Virus record (IMG/VR): IMGVR_UViG_3300035682_000039
Location: 1 to 60,291 of that record
DNA: 60,291 nucleotides
Reading direction: 5' to 3' (one strand)
From: a virus
Taxonomy: Duplodnaviria; Caudoviricetes
A model generated the notes under the pieces. It ran no database searches. It was given only the letters and a program-made list of their open reading frames with translations, and was not told the DNA's origin. Within the stretch, counting starts at the first letter, position 1. Each line of letters begins with the position of its first letter. A program made the translations under genes and the position numbers. Of this stretch, positions 9,255-18,230 are shown piece by piece.

Positions 9255-10175
9255 CTACCCCTTTTCTACTGAATTCATAAGGGGGGGTGTTTCCATATGC
9301 GACATCGTGTCGTTTTCGTCTAAATTTGTACCCCCACCCCCTTCTTTTTCTATCCTCAAACGGTTGGAGGATAGCGATGTCTTTGATTTCATTGACTTTT
9401 CACTCTTTTTAGGGGGGGTCTGTTGAGAATCATTCTCATCTAGTGATTGTTTGAGTGGAATACTATGTAGTATATGACGCACATCCGACTGCTCAATTGG
9501 GGGGTCACCAGGGAGTGGGTCTGCTGCCAGGGCCTTGTCCTCTAAATCTTTTTCTTGTTGCGTTGCGTCAAAACTATTTGAGCTTATCTCTTCTAATAGA
9601 CTCATGGCATCTGTATCAATCGTCCGCTTCTGATCTTTAATAGCTTGCTGGAGCTTCTGTAATAGATCCGCCTTAGCCGATGTGCTATCCCTGATTGTCC
9701 GCACCTCTTTACGCTCAACGAACACACCCAGCTCGGCAACATTACCCAGAGCTTTAAGAGCAGAGATACGCTCGCTGGCTTTGCTGGCTGGGTTTAGGGC
9801 TTCTTGTGTGAGCTGGGAGATCACAATGCTCTTCAACTGTCGGGCTGAATACGACTTCTCGAACTCAATAGCCCGTTTTTGGGCTTCGGTTTCCATTTGG
9901 ATTCTAGTATTTTTATTCATCTTATTGACATTCGCTCCTATGCTCTTCGGGTTACCCTTTGATTGGTACGCTTCTCTATATGCCTGATTGAATGGCTTAC
10001 CTTCTGCTACCTTCTTACAATAGCTCTTCTGCTTAGTAGTGAGTGATCTCACGGGAACATGGAGGATCTCTTCTATCGGAGTATTGGCGATCTGCTCTCT
10101 TATCTGCTTACGGGTTAATCTGGGTGTTTTCATATGTGAACAATCCATGAACTTAATTTGCCGAAGTATAGGCAA
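9255..10175 (-). CDS. terS: Terminase small subunit-like protein (start may be 10133)
   Basis: LTTKQKSYCKKVAEGKPFNQAYREAY HTH and ERISALKALG; upstream of terL. Confidence 0.7.
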   Translation of the reverse strand: MPILRQIKFMDCSHMKTPRLTRKQIREQIANTPIEEILHVPVRSLTTKQKSYCKKVAEGKPFNQAYREAYQSKGNPKSIGANVNKMNKNTRIQMETEAQKRAIEFEKSYSARQLKSIVISQLTQEALNPASKASERISALKALGNVAELGVFVERKEVRTIRDSTSAKADLLQKLQQAIKDQKRTIDTDAMSLLEEISSNSFDATQQEKDLEDKALAADPLPGDPPIEQSDVRHILHSIPLKQSLDENDSQQTPPKKSEKSMKSKTSLSSNRLRIEKEGGGGTNLDENDTMSHMETPPLMNSVEKG

Positions 10176-10437
10176 TCGCCCGAAATGTGCAACTCATAGG
10201 GGAATACTTCACAACCAAGTATCACCAGAACCCAAAGCACCGCCCTCTAGATCGCTCTGCAACCCTTATAAACACTCGAAAAAATTATTTTTTGCCCGCA
10301 GCAAAATCGCCTGGAAAATTTTTGACCTCAAAAATGCCACACCCAGACACACTTTTTTTTAATAATGACCCTCACCTTTTACGATTTGGATCGTCTCTAT
10401 TGATAGGGAATGTCTCCCGACTAACTAAGGAATAATC

Positions 10438-10608
10438 TTGAACTCAAAACTCAAAAACGCTTTGAATATCTGCAACGATATGTTTTCTGATGATCTGGAT
10501 TGGAATAAGCTCCCAGACTCCAGCAAGCTAATATTCGCTCAGGCTTTAATAACCGCCCACGAAGAGATAAAAAAAATCCCAGCCGTAGCTGGGACTAAAA
10601 CCCAATAG
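10438..10608 (+). CDS. Possible small hypothetical protein (56 aa, TTG start)
   Basis: AAGGA RBS then open frame LNSKLKNALNICNDMF... Confidence 0.35.
   Translation: MNSKLKNALNICNDMFSDDLDWNKLPDSSKLIFAQALITAHEEIKKIPAVAGTKTQ
10569..10594 (-). terminator. Intrinsic terminator for the amidoligase/amidotransferase operon
   Basis: Minus strand TCCCAGC-TACG-GCTGGGA then T-run; cUACGg tetraloop. Confidence 0.8.
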
Positions 10609-10617
10609 GGAAGGGTT

Positions 10618-11592
10618 TTAAGCTATGACTCGCTTCAGAGTCGGAAATGACTCTCTAGCGAGCTTATAGTCAGTCATAACACGCTTAAACCAATCTATAT
10701 CCAACTCCCCAGAGATCGCATAATCCACCAGATCAAGGAAGCTCTCTAGCCCGAATTCATCAACGAAATTCAAGCCCTGATCGATTGAGACATCATGCTC
10801 CCCGATGATGTAGTTTAGATCATCAAGATTTACTTCGACTTCTCTCCGATGATCTGCTGGCTTCTCATAAGCATATGCTGGATATAGATAGCTCCCCGAA
10901 TAATCCTCATAACCTCCGAAATAATTAAACCCAGAGGATTTATAGGAATATTTTTGGGGAGCTTCTAGCACTTGCTTTTTAGCTTTTTTCATATTCACGG
11001 GATGATTCTTAGCCGACTTGCTGGCACTCCACGCATAGGTATTAGAAAGCCACAACCCACCCCAATAAACCCCTGAACCTTCATTAATGACAGTTTGCCG
11101 ACCCTCATTGTCCATAATGACAAACTTATTCGACACCCCGATATGATCCTCAATAAGTGCTTTAAAGCTCGGATGAAATGCGAAATCTGGATTACCGGAG
11201 AGCATAGGTTTTAGGTAATTCTGGATATAGTGCCAAGTATCCGATTTAGTGGTATCCGCTTTATTACCCGTAGATAACACCCCATTATGCATAAGCCACA
11301 AATCCAGCCCATGTTGAGCTTTATTAAGGATTTCGTAAGGATGACAATTCAGAAGATCGATATCCCCGTGTGTCCGCATTCTTAGGTGAAAAGCACAATC
11401 TCGCCCAGCGATATTTTCCCGATAAAAATCGATAAACTCCTGAGCAGTATTGGGGATGATTTTCTTAATGATTAGCTCCCCATGGTGAGCAAACATAACC
11501 CCGACACCATCACCATTAAAGCTATAAAAATCCGATAGCCACGCATCGGAGAGGATCGGGGAAGATTTGGATTGAGTAAGTAATAAGCACAT
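10618..11592 (-). CDS. Class II (Ntn) glutamine amidotransferase
   Basis: Cys2 nucleophile (MCLL), DGVG, FHLRMRTHG, HPY, MHNGVL, SDT. Confidence 0.85.
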   Translation of the reverse strand: MCLLLTQSKSSPILSDAWLSDFYSFNGDGVGVMFAHHGELIIKKIIPNTAQEFIDFYRENIAGRDCAFHLRMRTHGDIDLLNCHPYEILNKAQHGLDLWLMHNGVLSTGNKADTTKSDTWHYIQNYLKPMLSGNPDFAFHPSFKALIEDHIGVSNKFVIMDNEGRQTVINEGSGVYWGGLWLSNTYAWSASKSAKNHPVNMKKAKKQVLEAPQKYSYKSSGFNYFGGYEDYSGSYLYPAYAYEKPADHRREVEVNLDDLNYIIGEHDVSIDQGLNFVDEFGLESFLDLVDYAISGELDIDWFKRVMTDYKLARESFPTLKRVIA

Positions 11593-11594
11593 GA

Positions 11595-12887
11595 TTAAGC
11601 CCTTTTCTTGAATAGGTGAACATTAGACTCGGGCATTGAAAAGCCCTTAGATTTGAGAAAAGCTCTGAGAAATTTCGTATCCTTTTTATTCTCATTAGCA
11701 CAAATAAACTTCAGGAAATAATCGACTGTCAAATTCTTGGTGCTGGCTTCCCGACAAAAGAACCATGTCGCATAGGTGAACTCTAAACACGCCATGATCG
11801 TATCGTATTTAAGTGAACCCTTAAATAATCTGAATTCGACTGTCCGGTCATTCTGAAAATTAAGAGCTTCATAACGATCCCGATTTAATCTCCGAAGCTG
11901 GGAACGCTTCCCGTTTACTTCAAGAGACTCTTTTAACCACCCTTTATCATCTTTTTTATTCTTAATTGACCCATAAGAACTATCTCTCCGAGCAATCGCT
12001 TTAATGAGTGATTGATTCGCCTGATCGTTAATGAAGAGGATCATTTTCGCACCATGCAAAGTAGTCATTTCTGATTTGCAGATATGCACATGAAGCCCAC
12101 AGGTATTGGTATCGTGAGACTTTGCACCCTTCAATGGTTTATAGAGATCATCTTTAAAAAACGATAATTGCTCCTGATGCACATCCAAACCCGTATATGC
12201 AGTAACCATTTCGAAACCATGATCCAGACTTGCGTCACCCTCACAAAGGGCATATGTCTCACCCTTATACTCTCCAAGCCCGTTTAAGAGCTTCTTAGCC
12301 GTTTCTGTGCGATCGCTTTCGACTTCTATTTCCAGCTCCAGCCCTAACAAGACTCTGGGCTTACGATCATCATACGCAGATGCAATATGACCCAGACGAT
12401 GCTTAGAGGAATGATACTCACCGATAATGCTATTCGAGGTTAAATCCTCTTCCCGAACATAAGTATCCTGATCTTCATCCCATTCGTAATTGTCTTCACG
12501 GCATGATTCACACACCAAATAATCATGATAGCAACGGGAAGAATTATCTCTATGCTCGATTACATTGCAGTCATTACAACGGAAAAGCTCGTTTTGGGCA
12601 TCTGGGAATTTCTCTTCTATGAAATCAATCCAATCACTCTGGAAACGCACCGAGTCATTAGCCAATTCAAGGATATGCGAAATACTTTGATCCCTGATAG
12701 CTATACCGACAGAAGCTCCAAAACGATTAAAAGAATTTCGCTGATTTTGGATATTATCCAATCTCACATGATCCCAGCGACTCGATCTCCGACCCGTTAA
12801 ATGGGTTTTAATTTCCCTCTTAATAATTTCCCTTCTGTAATCCCTTCTATGGCTGGAATAATCATTCCACAATCTTAAAATATTCAT
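11595..12887 (-). CDS. Putative amidoligase (COOH-NH2 ligase) with N-terminal Cys knuckle
   Basis: GLELEIE, DASL..GFEMVT, CGLHVHI, RYEALN, TVEFRLF; CNDC/CESC. Confidence 0.85.
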   Translation of the reverse strand: MNILRLWNDYSSHRRDYRREIIKREIKTHLTGRRSSRWDHVRLDNIQNQRNSFNRFGASVGIAIRDQSISHILELANDSVRFQSDWIDFIEEKFPDAQNELFRCNDCNVIEHRDNSSRCYHDYLVCESCREDNYEWDEDQDTYVREEDLTSNSIIGEYHSSKHRLGHIASAYDDRKPRVLLGLELEIEVESDRTETAKKLLNGLGEYKGETYALCEGDASLDHGFEMVTAYTGLDVHQEQLSFFKDDLYKPLKGAKSHDTNTCGLHVHICKSEMTTLHGAKMILFINDQANQSLIKAIARRDSSYGSIKNKKDDKGWLKESLEVNGKRSQLRRLNRDRYEALNFQNDRTVEFRLFKGSLKYDTIMACLEFTYATWFFCREASTKNLTVDYFLKFICANENKKDTKFLRAFLKSKGFSMPESNVHLFKKRA

Positions 12888-13128
12888 GCTTAAAACTCCC
12901 TATTAAATTGAATTAAACATATATTGCAAAGGGCAAAATCGCCCTATTGCATTAGACCATAGAAAACAAACCGCCAGAGAATACCTTAGTAATTTATAGG
13001 GTTATTACATCAAATAGAAATAAGCTCTATAAACGATCATTTACAGGAGCTTAAAAATACCATACCAATTTAGTCAACTAATATTATTTTTACTTGCAAT
13101 ATGGCACAATCACAAATGTATTGCGATT

Positions 13129-13231
13129 GGGTCAGGCTGCCAGGCCCAAGTAGTGGGTAGGGCTTGCTGGAGGGTCGGGCTTGTAGTTGGGTCAGGCTTA
13201 GGAGGGTCGGGCTTGTGAAGAGTCAGGCTTA
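13129..13231 (+). repeat. Six imperfect direct repeats GGGTC(A/G)GGCTT in a divergent intergenic region
   Basis: Copies at 13129, 13155, 13172, 13189, 13204, 13220. Confidence 0.85.
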
Positions 13232-13256
13232 TATTTAATTTAATAAGGATCTCGAA

Positions 13257-13502
13257 ATGAAAAATACAAATGATTTATGGTGTGATGTCGCCAAGAAATT
13301 ACTTCTCAATCGGAAGATTGTAGGAGTCCGCTATCTATTGGATGAAGAAATGGAATCGCTTGGATGGGATGAGCGTTCTATCGTTTTAATCCTAGACGAT
13401 GGCAATATGATTTTCCCCAGCTCAGATGATGAGGGTAATCAAGCTGGTGCTTTATTTACCAATAACCCCGACCATCCAACATTACCAACCTTACGGAGCT
13501 AA
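13257..13502 (+). CDS. Hypothetical early protein
   Basis: AAGGA RBS; PSSDDEGNQAGALF. Confidence 0.75.
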   Translation: MKNTNDLWCDVAKKLLLNRKIVGVRYLLDEEMESLGWDERSIVLILDDGNMIFPSSDDEGNQAGALFTNNPDHPTLPTLRS

Positions 13503-13504
13503 TC

Positions 13505-13852
13505 ATGAACTTATCTGAAAACTTATCGCAGTTTTACGGCACGGAAAATTACTACAAAACTTTTCTCTTTAATCCACGGCTAAAGCACACGGACGGAGTG
13601 CAATACTTTGCGGATAACGCCAAGGCTTTTTGGTTCTTGGATATCATCGCCACCGAGATTTATAAGCTCACATCCCAGCATGAATTTATTGCTATTACCC
13701 TTGATGTGGATAACGGGAAAGCCAAGATCACGGCTACCGATGGAAACGATAACAGGATATTTCAAAAGAATATTTCCTATACCGATTGCCCCAATGGTTC
13801 TTATAACTTTTGGATTTCTGGCGATGTCCTAATGCTTCCTTCGGAGTATTGA
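13505..13852 (+). CDS. DUF6876-like hypothetical protein
   Basis: FYGTENYY, TDGVQYFA, WFLDII, YTDCP, MLPSEY. Confidence 0.7.
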   Translation: MNLSENLSQFYGTENYYKTFLFNPRLKHTDGVQYFADNAKAFWFLDIIATEIYKLTSQHEFIAITLDVDNGKAKITATDGNDNRIFQKNISYTDCPNGSYNFWISGDVLMLPSEY

Positions 13853-13853
13853 T

Positions 13854-14192
13854 ATGAAACTAATTGAACCATTGGTTAAGGCTTTTAGCCTTTTAGAACC
13901 CCATCAAAATAGCAAAGATATCAGGGATGCAATGACCTATATCGATGAAGCTTTGCGTATTTTAGAGAGCAGTCGTCAGCCTGATTCCCCCAAACAGTTT
14001 GAATGCTTTTGGGGTGATAACTATCGGGCTACCCATGAGAAATCTATTTTGGAATATCACACGATTGAATTTTTCACCGAGGAACGGGGCTACGAATATG
14101 ACCATAGCAAATCAATCAATGCCCTCGAAATTGGTCAACAAATCGAGTTGGGCGATCCCTTTTCGATTCATTGGGTTAGGAGGATTAAATGA
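13854..14192 (+). CDS. Hypothetical protein
   Basis: Packed ORF with GGAG RBS. Confidence 0.65.
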   Translation: MKLIEPLVKAFSLLEPHQNSKDIRDAMTYIDEALRILESSRQPDSPKQFECFWGDNYRATHEKSILEYHTIEFFTEERGYEYDHSKSINALEIGQQIELGDPFSIHWVRRIK

Positions 14193-14365
14193 TTAATGCG
14201 AATAAACGCATTACAGAAGAACAAGTGGAATGGTGGATTGGAAGCGACCACCTTTCCCCTAGCGAATTAATTGAATTATTGACCGCACTTATCAATGGGG
14301 AATACACGATCCCAAATTTTCGTGCAGATGTTTTGGAATTTTCGGAGGATACAAATCATGCCTAA
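14189..14365 (+). CDS. Small hypothetical protein (58 aa)
   Basis: AGGAGG RBS; MINANKRITEEQVEWWIG...; fills the gap between neighbours. Confidence 0.6.
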   Translation: MINANKRITEEQVEWWIGSDHLSPSELIELLTALINGEYTIPNFRADVLEFSEDTNHA

Positions 14366-14864
14366 TTGGTGCTATAACAGATTGACCATTGATACCACGA
14401 CTGAGGGTGGTAAGAAGCTGGCGAAAGCTTTTGAACCGAAGTATGAGGACGGAGAGTCTAAGTTTCTTCATGCCAAGCCATTTCAAGACTTATTGCCATG
14501 CCCTCAAGAGCTTTTAGAAACCCAAGCTACTTTTTCAAAAGAGCCAACCGATCAACAAATCCGCAATAAAGAAAAGTATGGGCATACCGATTGGTATTCA
14601 TGGAATGTGGCTAATTGGGGGACTAAATGGGATGCACGAGTCGAGGACTTTGACGATAGCGATCCCAATCAGATTTATGTTTATTTTGAAACGGCTTGGA
14701 GTCCGCCTGTTGAATTTATGAAGTGGTTTGCAAGCCAATATCCTGATGCCTACTTCCGCAACGAGTATGACGAAGAGGGTATGCATTTTGAGGGCGTTAC
14801 AGAGAACAGTAAAAAAGATGGTTTTATAGACGAATGTTTTGACAAGGAAGAAGAAAATGATTGA
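14358..14864 (+). CDS. DUF1281/YubB ferredoxin-like family protein
   Basis: MPNWCYN, WYSWNVANWGTKW, FETAWSPP; GGAGG RBS. Confidence 0.8.
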   Translation: MPNWCYNRLTIDTTTEGGKKLAKAFEPKYEDGESKFLHAKPFQDLLPCPQELLETQATFSKEPTDQQIRNKEKYGHTDWYSWNVANWGTKWDARVEDFDDSDPNQIYVYFETAWSPPVEFMKWFASQYPDAYFRNEYDEEGMHFEGVTENSKKDGFIDECFDKEEEND

Positions 14865-15327
14865 TATTGAAAATATGAGTTTTACCGATAATCACATGGC
14901 TGTTCAAAATCCCACAGTTAGCGATTGTGGGAGGTGGACTGTTTCACCAAAGGATTACGGCTTTAGGATAGATGGGACGGGTGGCGGATGCACCGCATGG
15001 GTTAAGCAGTGCGAGAACGGCATCGTAGTCCTTACCAATGGTCATTTAAGCCACACGCTGGGAGAGTCTGGAAGTCCCTTTGTCATGTGCTTTTATGATG
15101 GCTCAGAGGATGGCGAAAACTCTTGGGGCAATCGTCTTGCTTGCACCGATCTATTTGTAGGAGTCCTACCAACCGATCTAAAAACGCCTGATGGCTGGGT
15201 GGTGGATTATAAAACTGCCGTGCAGATCATCAACCAAGTCTATAACAAAGCCGACCTCTTTATCGATGCGGATCAGGCTTTAGCGTTGGTGGATATATTC
15301 AAAAAAATTGATTTAGCGAACACTTAA
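14857..15327 (+). CDS. Hypothetical protein
   Basis: TGGGCTAW motif; coupled to upstream gene. Confidence 0.65.
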   Translation: MIDIENMSFTDNHMAVQNPTVSDCGRWTVSPKDYGFRIDGTGGGCTAWVKQCENGIVVLTNGHLSHTLGESGSPFVMCFYDGSEDGENSWGNRLACTDLFVGVLPTDLKTPDGWVVDYKTAVQIINQVYNKADLFIDADQALALVDIFKKIDLANT

Positions 15328-15337
15328 GGAGAAGCAC

Positions 15338-15787
15338 ATGGGCTTAGATATGTATTTAACCGCAAAGCGGTATTTATTCAAGGTTAGGGCTGGAGATAAA
15401 GCGATTGCAGAAGCTATTGGCAAGCTTGATCTGAATCACAATGGAATGAGGGTTAAGGAAATCGCCTGCGAAGCCATCTATTGGCGTAAAGCAAATGCCA
15501 TCCATAATTGGTTTGTTCAAAATGTGCAATCAGGGGTCGATGATTGTCGGGAATATTATGTAACTCGTTCCCAGCTTCAGAGCTTATTGTCGGTGTGTAA
15601 AAAAGTTTTAGCCGAACCATCTAAATCGGAGGAGTTACTTCCCCCAATGGCTGGCTTTTTCTTTGGTTCAGCCGAAGTAAATGAATGGTATTGGGATGAT
15701 CTTAAATCTACGATTGGGGGATTGAATGACATCCTTGCAGACTCCGTAACTCAAGAGTGGGAATTTTATTATGCCTCGTCATGGTAA
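15338..15787 (+). CDS. Conserved phage hypothetical protein
   Basis: MGLDMYL, YWRKANAIHNWF, GFFFGS, YYASSW; AAGGAG RBS. Confidence 0.8.
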   Translation: MGLDMYLTAKRYLFKVRAGDKAIAEAIGKLDLNHNGMRVKEIACEAIYWRKANAIHNWFVQNVQSGVDDCREYYVTRSQLQSLLSVCKKVLAEPSKSEELLPPMAGFFFGSAEVNEWYWDDLKSTIGGLNDILADSVTQEWEFYYASSW

Positions 15788-15989
15788 AAACCCGTTTTAC
15801 AAAGAGCGGGATAGGCTTAGACAAATAAACGAAGCGATTGATTACATGGAGTCTATGTTACCAACCACCTCCGATGCGTTAAAAGCCCTTCTTATTCGCA
15901 ATATTGACCAATCTAAAAAACAAGCTCAAACTATCTTAAATCAAATGATTTTGGATGGCTACACAGGAGAAAACCATGGACGATCTTAA
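15771..15989 (+). CDS. Hypothetical protein
   Basis: ORF overlapping the upstream gene. Confidence 0.5.
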   Translation: MPRHGKNPFYKERDRLRQINEAIDYMESMLPTTSDALKALLIRNIDQSKKQAQTILNQMILDGYTGENHGRS

Positions 15990-16027
15990 AGCTGAAGATA
16001 TTATTTGCACCTTTTTATTTGGTATTT

Positions 16028-16825
16028 TTATTGTGGCGTTCTGTTTTGTATAAGGCTGGATAATGATTCCCCAGCCGTTTCCGCTCCAACCCGAAGCTCG
16101 TAGTCGTTGAAGTCCTCCCCCTCATTGGGCGATACCCAATAGGGGAGGGATGACTGTTTAGCTACCCTGATACCCACAATGTCATGGTCAGCCACTATGA
16201 GCGAGTCAGGGTAAGCCTTTGCCATTTCGGATAGGTTAGATGCTGAGAAACATACTACGATCTTGTAGCGTGTTTTAATCGTTTTCAAAGCCCTACGGAT
16301 CGATAAAGCCGTGGCATATCCTTCACACAAAATAACCTGTCCTTTGTTATCAAAGATCGCAGAAGCGTTCTTGGTTTTCTGTCCGCTTAAAAACTTCTTA
16401 TTGCCCTCTGGATCGATCAATTGACATCCAACCAAATCCCCATTAATCCGCATTGGGATTGCCAGCACCTCGTTCCAAACCCATCCCTTTTCTTCTGGAA
16501 AGCCCTTTTTCACTAAGTAAGGGTGAGGCTTTTTGACGGCATTATTTAGGATGTATGCTGCCTTACCGCTTGCCCTGGAATTGTTCTTGGCAACATCGAT
16601 CACAACTTTTGGCTTTCGGATTACTTGTAAAGGGTCATGCTTGCCACGAAAGCTAATAGGTTTCTCGTGGACTGCCCAATTCTGCACCGCACCCGTTATC
16701 CCATCGAATATATACGAGCCATTCTTTTTGTTTGGCTTATCAACAGTCCTACATCTTGTCCATTTATCGTGAACCAAGTGATCGATGATTAGTCCATGCT
16801 TCTCTGCAAACGATTCAAAATTCAT
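16028..16825 (-). CDS. TOPRIM-domain primase
   Basis: HPYLVKKG, LCEGYATALS, IVADHD, DFND. Confidence 0.85.
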   Translation of the reverse strand: MNFESFAEKHGLIIDHLVHDKWTRCRTVDKPNKKNGSYIFDGITGAVQNWAVHEKPISFRGKHDPLQVIRKPKVVIDVAKNNSRASGKAAYILNNAVKKPHPYLVKKGFPEEKGWVWNEVLAIPMRINGDLVGCQLIDPEGNKKFLSGQKTKNASAIFDNKGQVILCEGYATALSIRRALKTIKTRYKIVVCFSASNLSEMAKAYPDSLIVADHDIVGIRVAKQSSLPYWVSPNEGEDFNDYELRVGAETAGESLSSLIQNRTPQ

Positions 16826-18057
16826 AGCATTCCCTTTTCTACCATTTCAACCCGCTCTCCAATCCATTTCATGCATGGGACTGCCATCGAATTACCCATC
16901 GCTTTATACCGAAGACTGTCGGGAGATTCGGGCTTGCCTCTCCAAGCGATGTTCGTATAGTTATCTGGGAATCCTTGGAGTCTTTCGCATTCGACAGGGG
17001 TTAGCCTACGAACCGCCATTTGCTGGGCAATAAAAGTTTGAGCATGATGACTTTGGACGGAGGGTCGGAGTGCTTGGAGGGCTGGGGTTACTTCCAAAGG
17101 GGTGGCACTAAAGTTACCCGCTATTGCATCTTCCCGAATGGAATACGCCACTCCTTGAGTAGCGGCCGCATCAAGGGTATACATCAAACCTTCATCATTC
17201 CAACCACGCCCATTCTGGGCCTTATCTCTGCCTGAGATATCCTGTAATGCAATCGGCACATTACCACCACCCGTCCCCCAGCGAGAGGTTACAGTCTGGC
17301 AAACATCACCCATCTCTCTTACTCGGGAGTCTGCTGGGTGAGTTTCATACACACAAGGGATTAGTCTTCCGCTGTATGCGTCTTGTCCGCTATAAGCTCC
17401 GGGGTGGGTATCTGCACAGAGTGTTCCAACTGTTCTTTGGATGCCGTTGCCATCAAAGCGTCCTTGAGAACTGTTGGAAGTTTTTTCCCTCGATTTTCTG
17501 CTCTCCTCAGTATCCCTTGACAAGCAATCTGGCTCAAAAAGAACCTTTGATGCAGAGACCCAGTCTCCAAGACATCCGACAACAAAGACTCTTCTGCGTC
17601 TTTGGGGGATTCCGAAATACTGAGCGTCAAGCACTCGGTATGCGAACCCATACCCGAGTTCTGCCACCGCCCCGAGGAAGGAACCAAAATCCCGTCCACC
17701 ACTTGAACTGAGGACACCTGGGACGTTTTCCCAAACAAACCATTTGGGTTTGAATCGATCAAGAATTCCAGTATAGACAAGGGTGAGGTTTCCTCTTGGG
17801 TCTTCGAGTCCTTTCCTAAGTCCTGCGACTGAGAATGCTTGGCATGGTGTTCCTCCAACCAAAAGTTCAACTGTTCCATTGATGTTCCACTCCTTATATT
17901 TTGTGATGTCCCCAAGATTTGGGACTGTTGGGTAATGATGATTTAAAACTGCCGATGGGAAGGTTTCGATCTCGGCATAGCCAATCGGATCCCAGCCTAA
18001 GGGATGCCAAGCAACTGTTGCTGCCTCCACCCCCGAACACACTGATAAGTATTTCAT
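16822..18057 (-). CDS. DNA (cytosine-5) methyltransferase
   Basis: SVCSGVEA (I), GGTPCQAFS (IV), ENVPG (VI), QRRRRVF (VIII), RRLTPVECERLQGFP, GNSMAV (X). Confidence 0.93.
   Translation of the reverse strand: MKYLSVCSGVEAATVAWHPLGWDPIGYAEIETFPSAVLNHHYPTVPNLGDITKYKEWNINGTVELLVGGTPCQAFSVAGLRKGLEDPRGNLTLVYTGILDRFKPKWFVWENVPGVLSSSGGRDFGSFLGAVAELGYGFAYRVLDAQYFGIPQRRRRVFVVGCLGDWVSASKVLFEPDCLSRDTEESRKSREKTSNSSQGRFDGNGIQRTVGTLCADTHPGAYSGQDAYSGRLIPCVYETHPADSRVREMGDVCQTVTSRWGTGGGNVPIALQDISGRDKAQNGRGWNDEGLMYTLDAAATQGVAYSIREDAIAGNFSATPLEVTPALQALRPSVQSHHAQTFIAQQMAVRRLTPVECERLQGFPDNYTNIAWRGKPESPDSLRYKAMGNSMAVPCMKWIGERVEMVEKGML
17361..17879 (-). CDS. Nested alternative-frame gene inside the methyltransferase (candidate second subunit)
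   Basis: AAGGAG 10 nt before ATG (MEQLNFW); LSDVLE...RFFLSQIACQGILRRAENRGKKLP. Confidence 0.6.
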   Translation of the reverse strand: MEQLNFWLEEHHAKHSQSQDLGKDSKTQEETSPLSILEFLIDSNPNGLFGKTSQVSSVQVVDGILVPSSGRWQNSGMGSHTECLTLSISESPKDAEESLLSDVLETGSLHQRFFLSQIACQGILRRAENRGKKLPTVLKDALMATASKEQLEHSVQIPTPELIADKTHTAED

Positions 18058-18230
18058 CGTATTTTCCTTATTTTTTGTTTTATTAGTTCTACATCTTCTT
18101 CTGCATTAAGCTGGTCAATAATATTTTTCCAGCCTCTCCTTCTGCCCACGCCTAGATACCAATTTGCCAAATAGGTAATCCGCTCCTCTGGTGTGTTTAG
18201 TCTGCACTTAGCCCATGGATCTTTTTTCAT
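18054..18230 (-). CDS. Small hypothetical protein (58 aa)
   Basis: MKKDPWAKCRL...; ATGA overlaps at both ends. Confidence 0.65.
   Translation of the reverse strand: MKKDPWAKCRLNTPEERITYLANWYLGVGRRRGWKNIIDQLNAEEDVELIKQKIRKIR

Noticed and set aside
13129-13231. Mini CRISPR array
   Set aside because: Repeats are ~12 nt with gaps of mostly 3-5 nt, and there is no cas operon. The Cas4-like gene is a stand-alone recombination nuclease.
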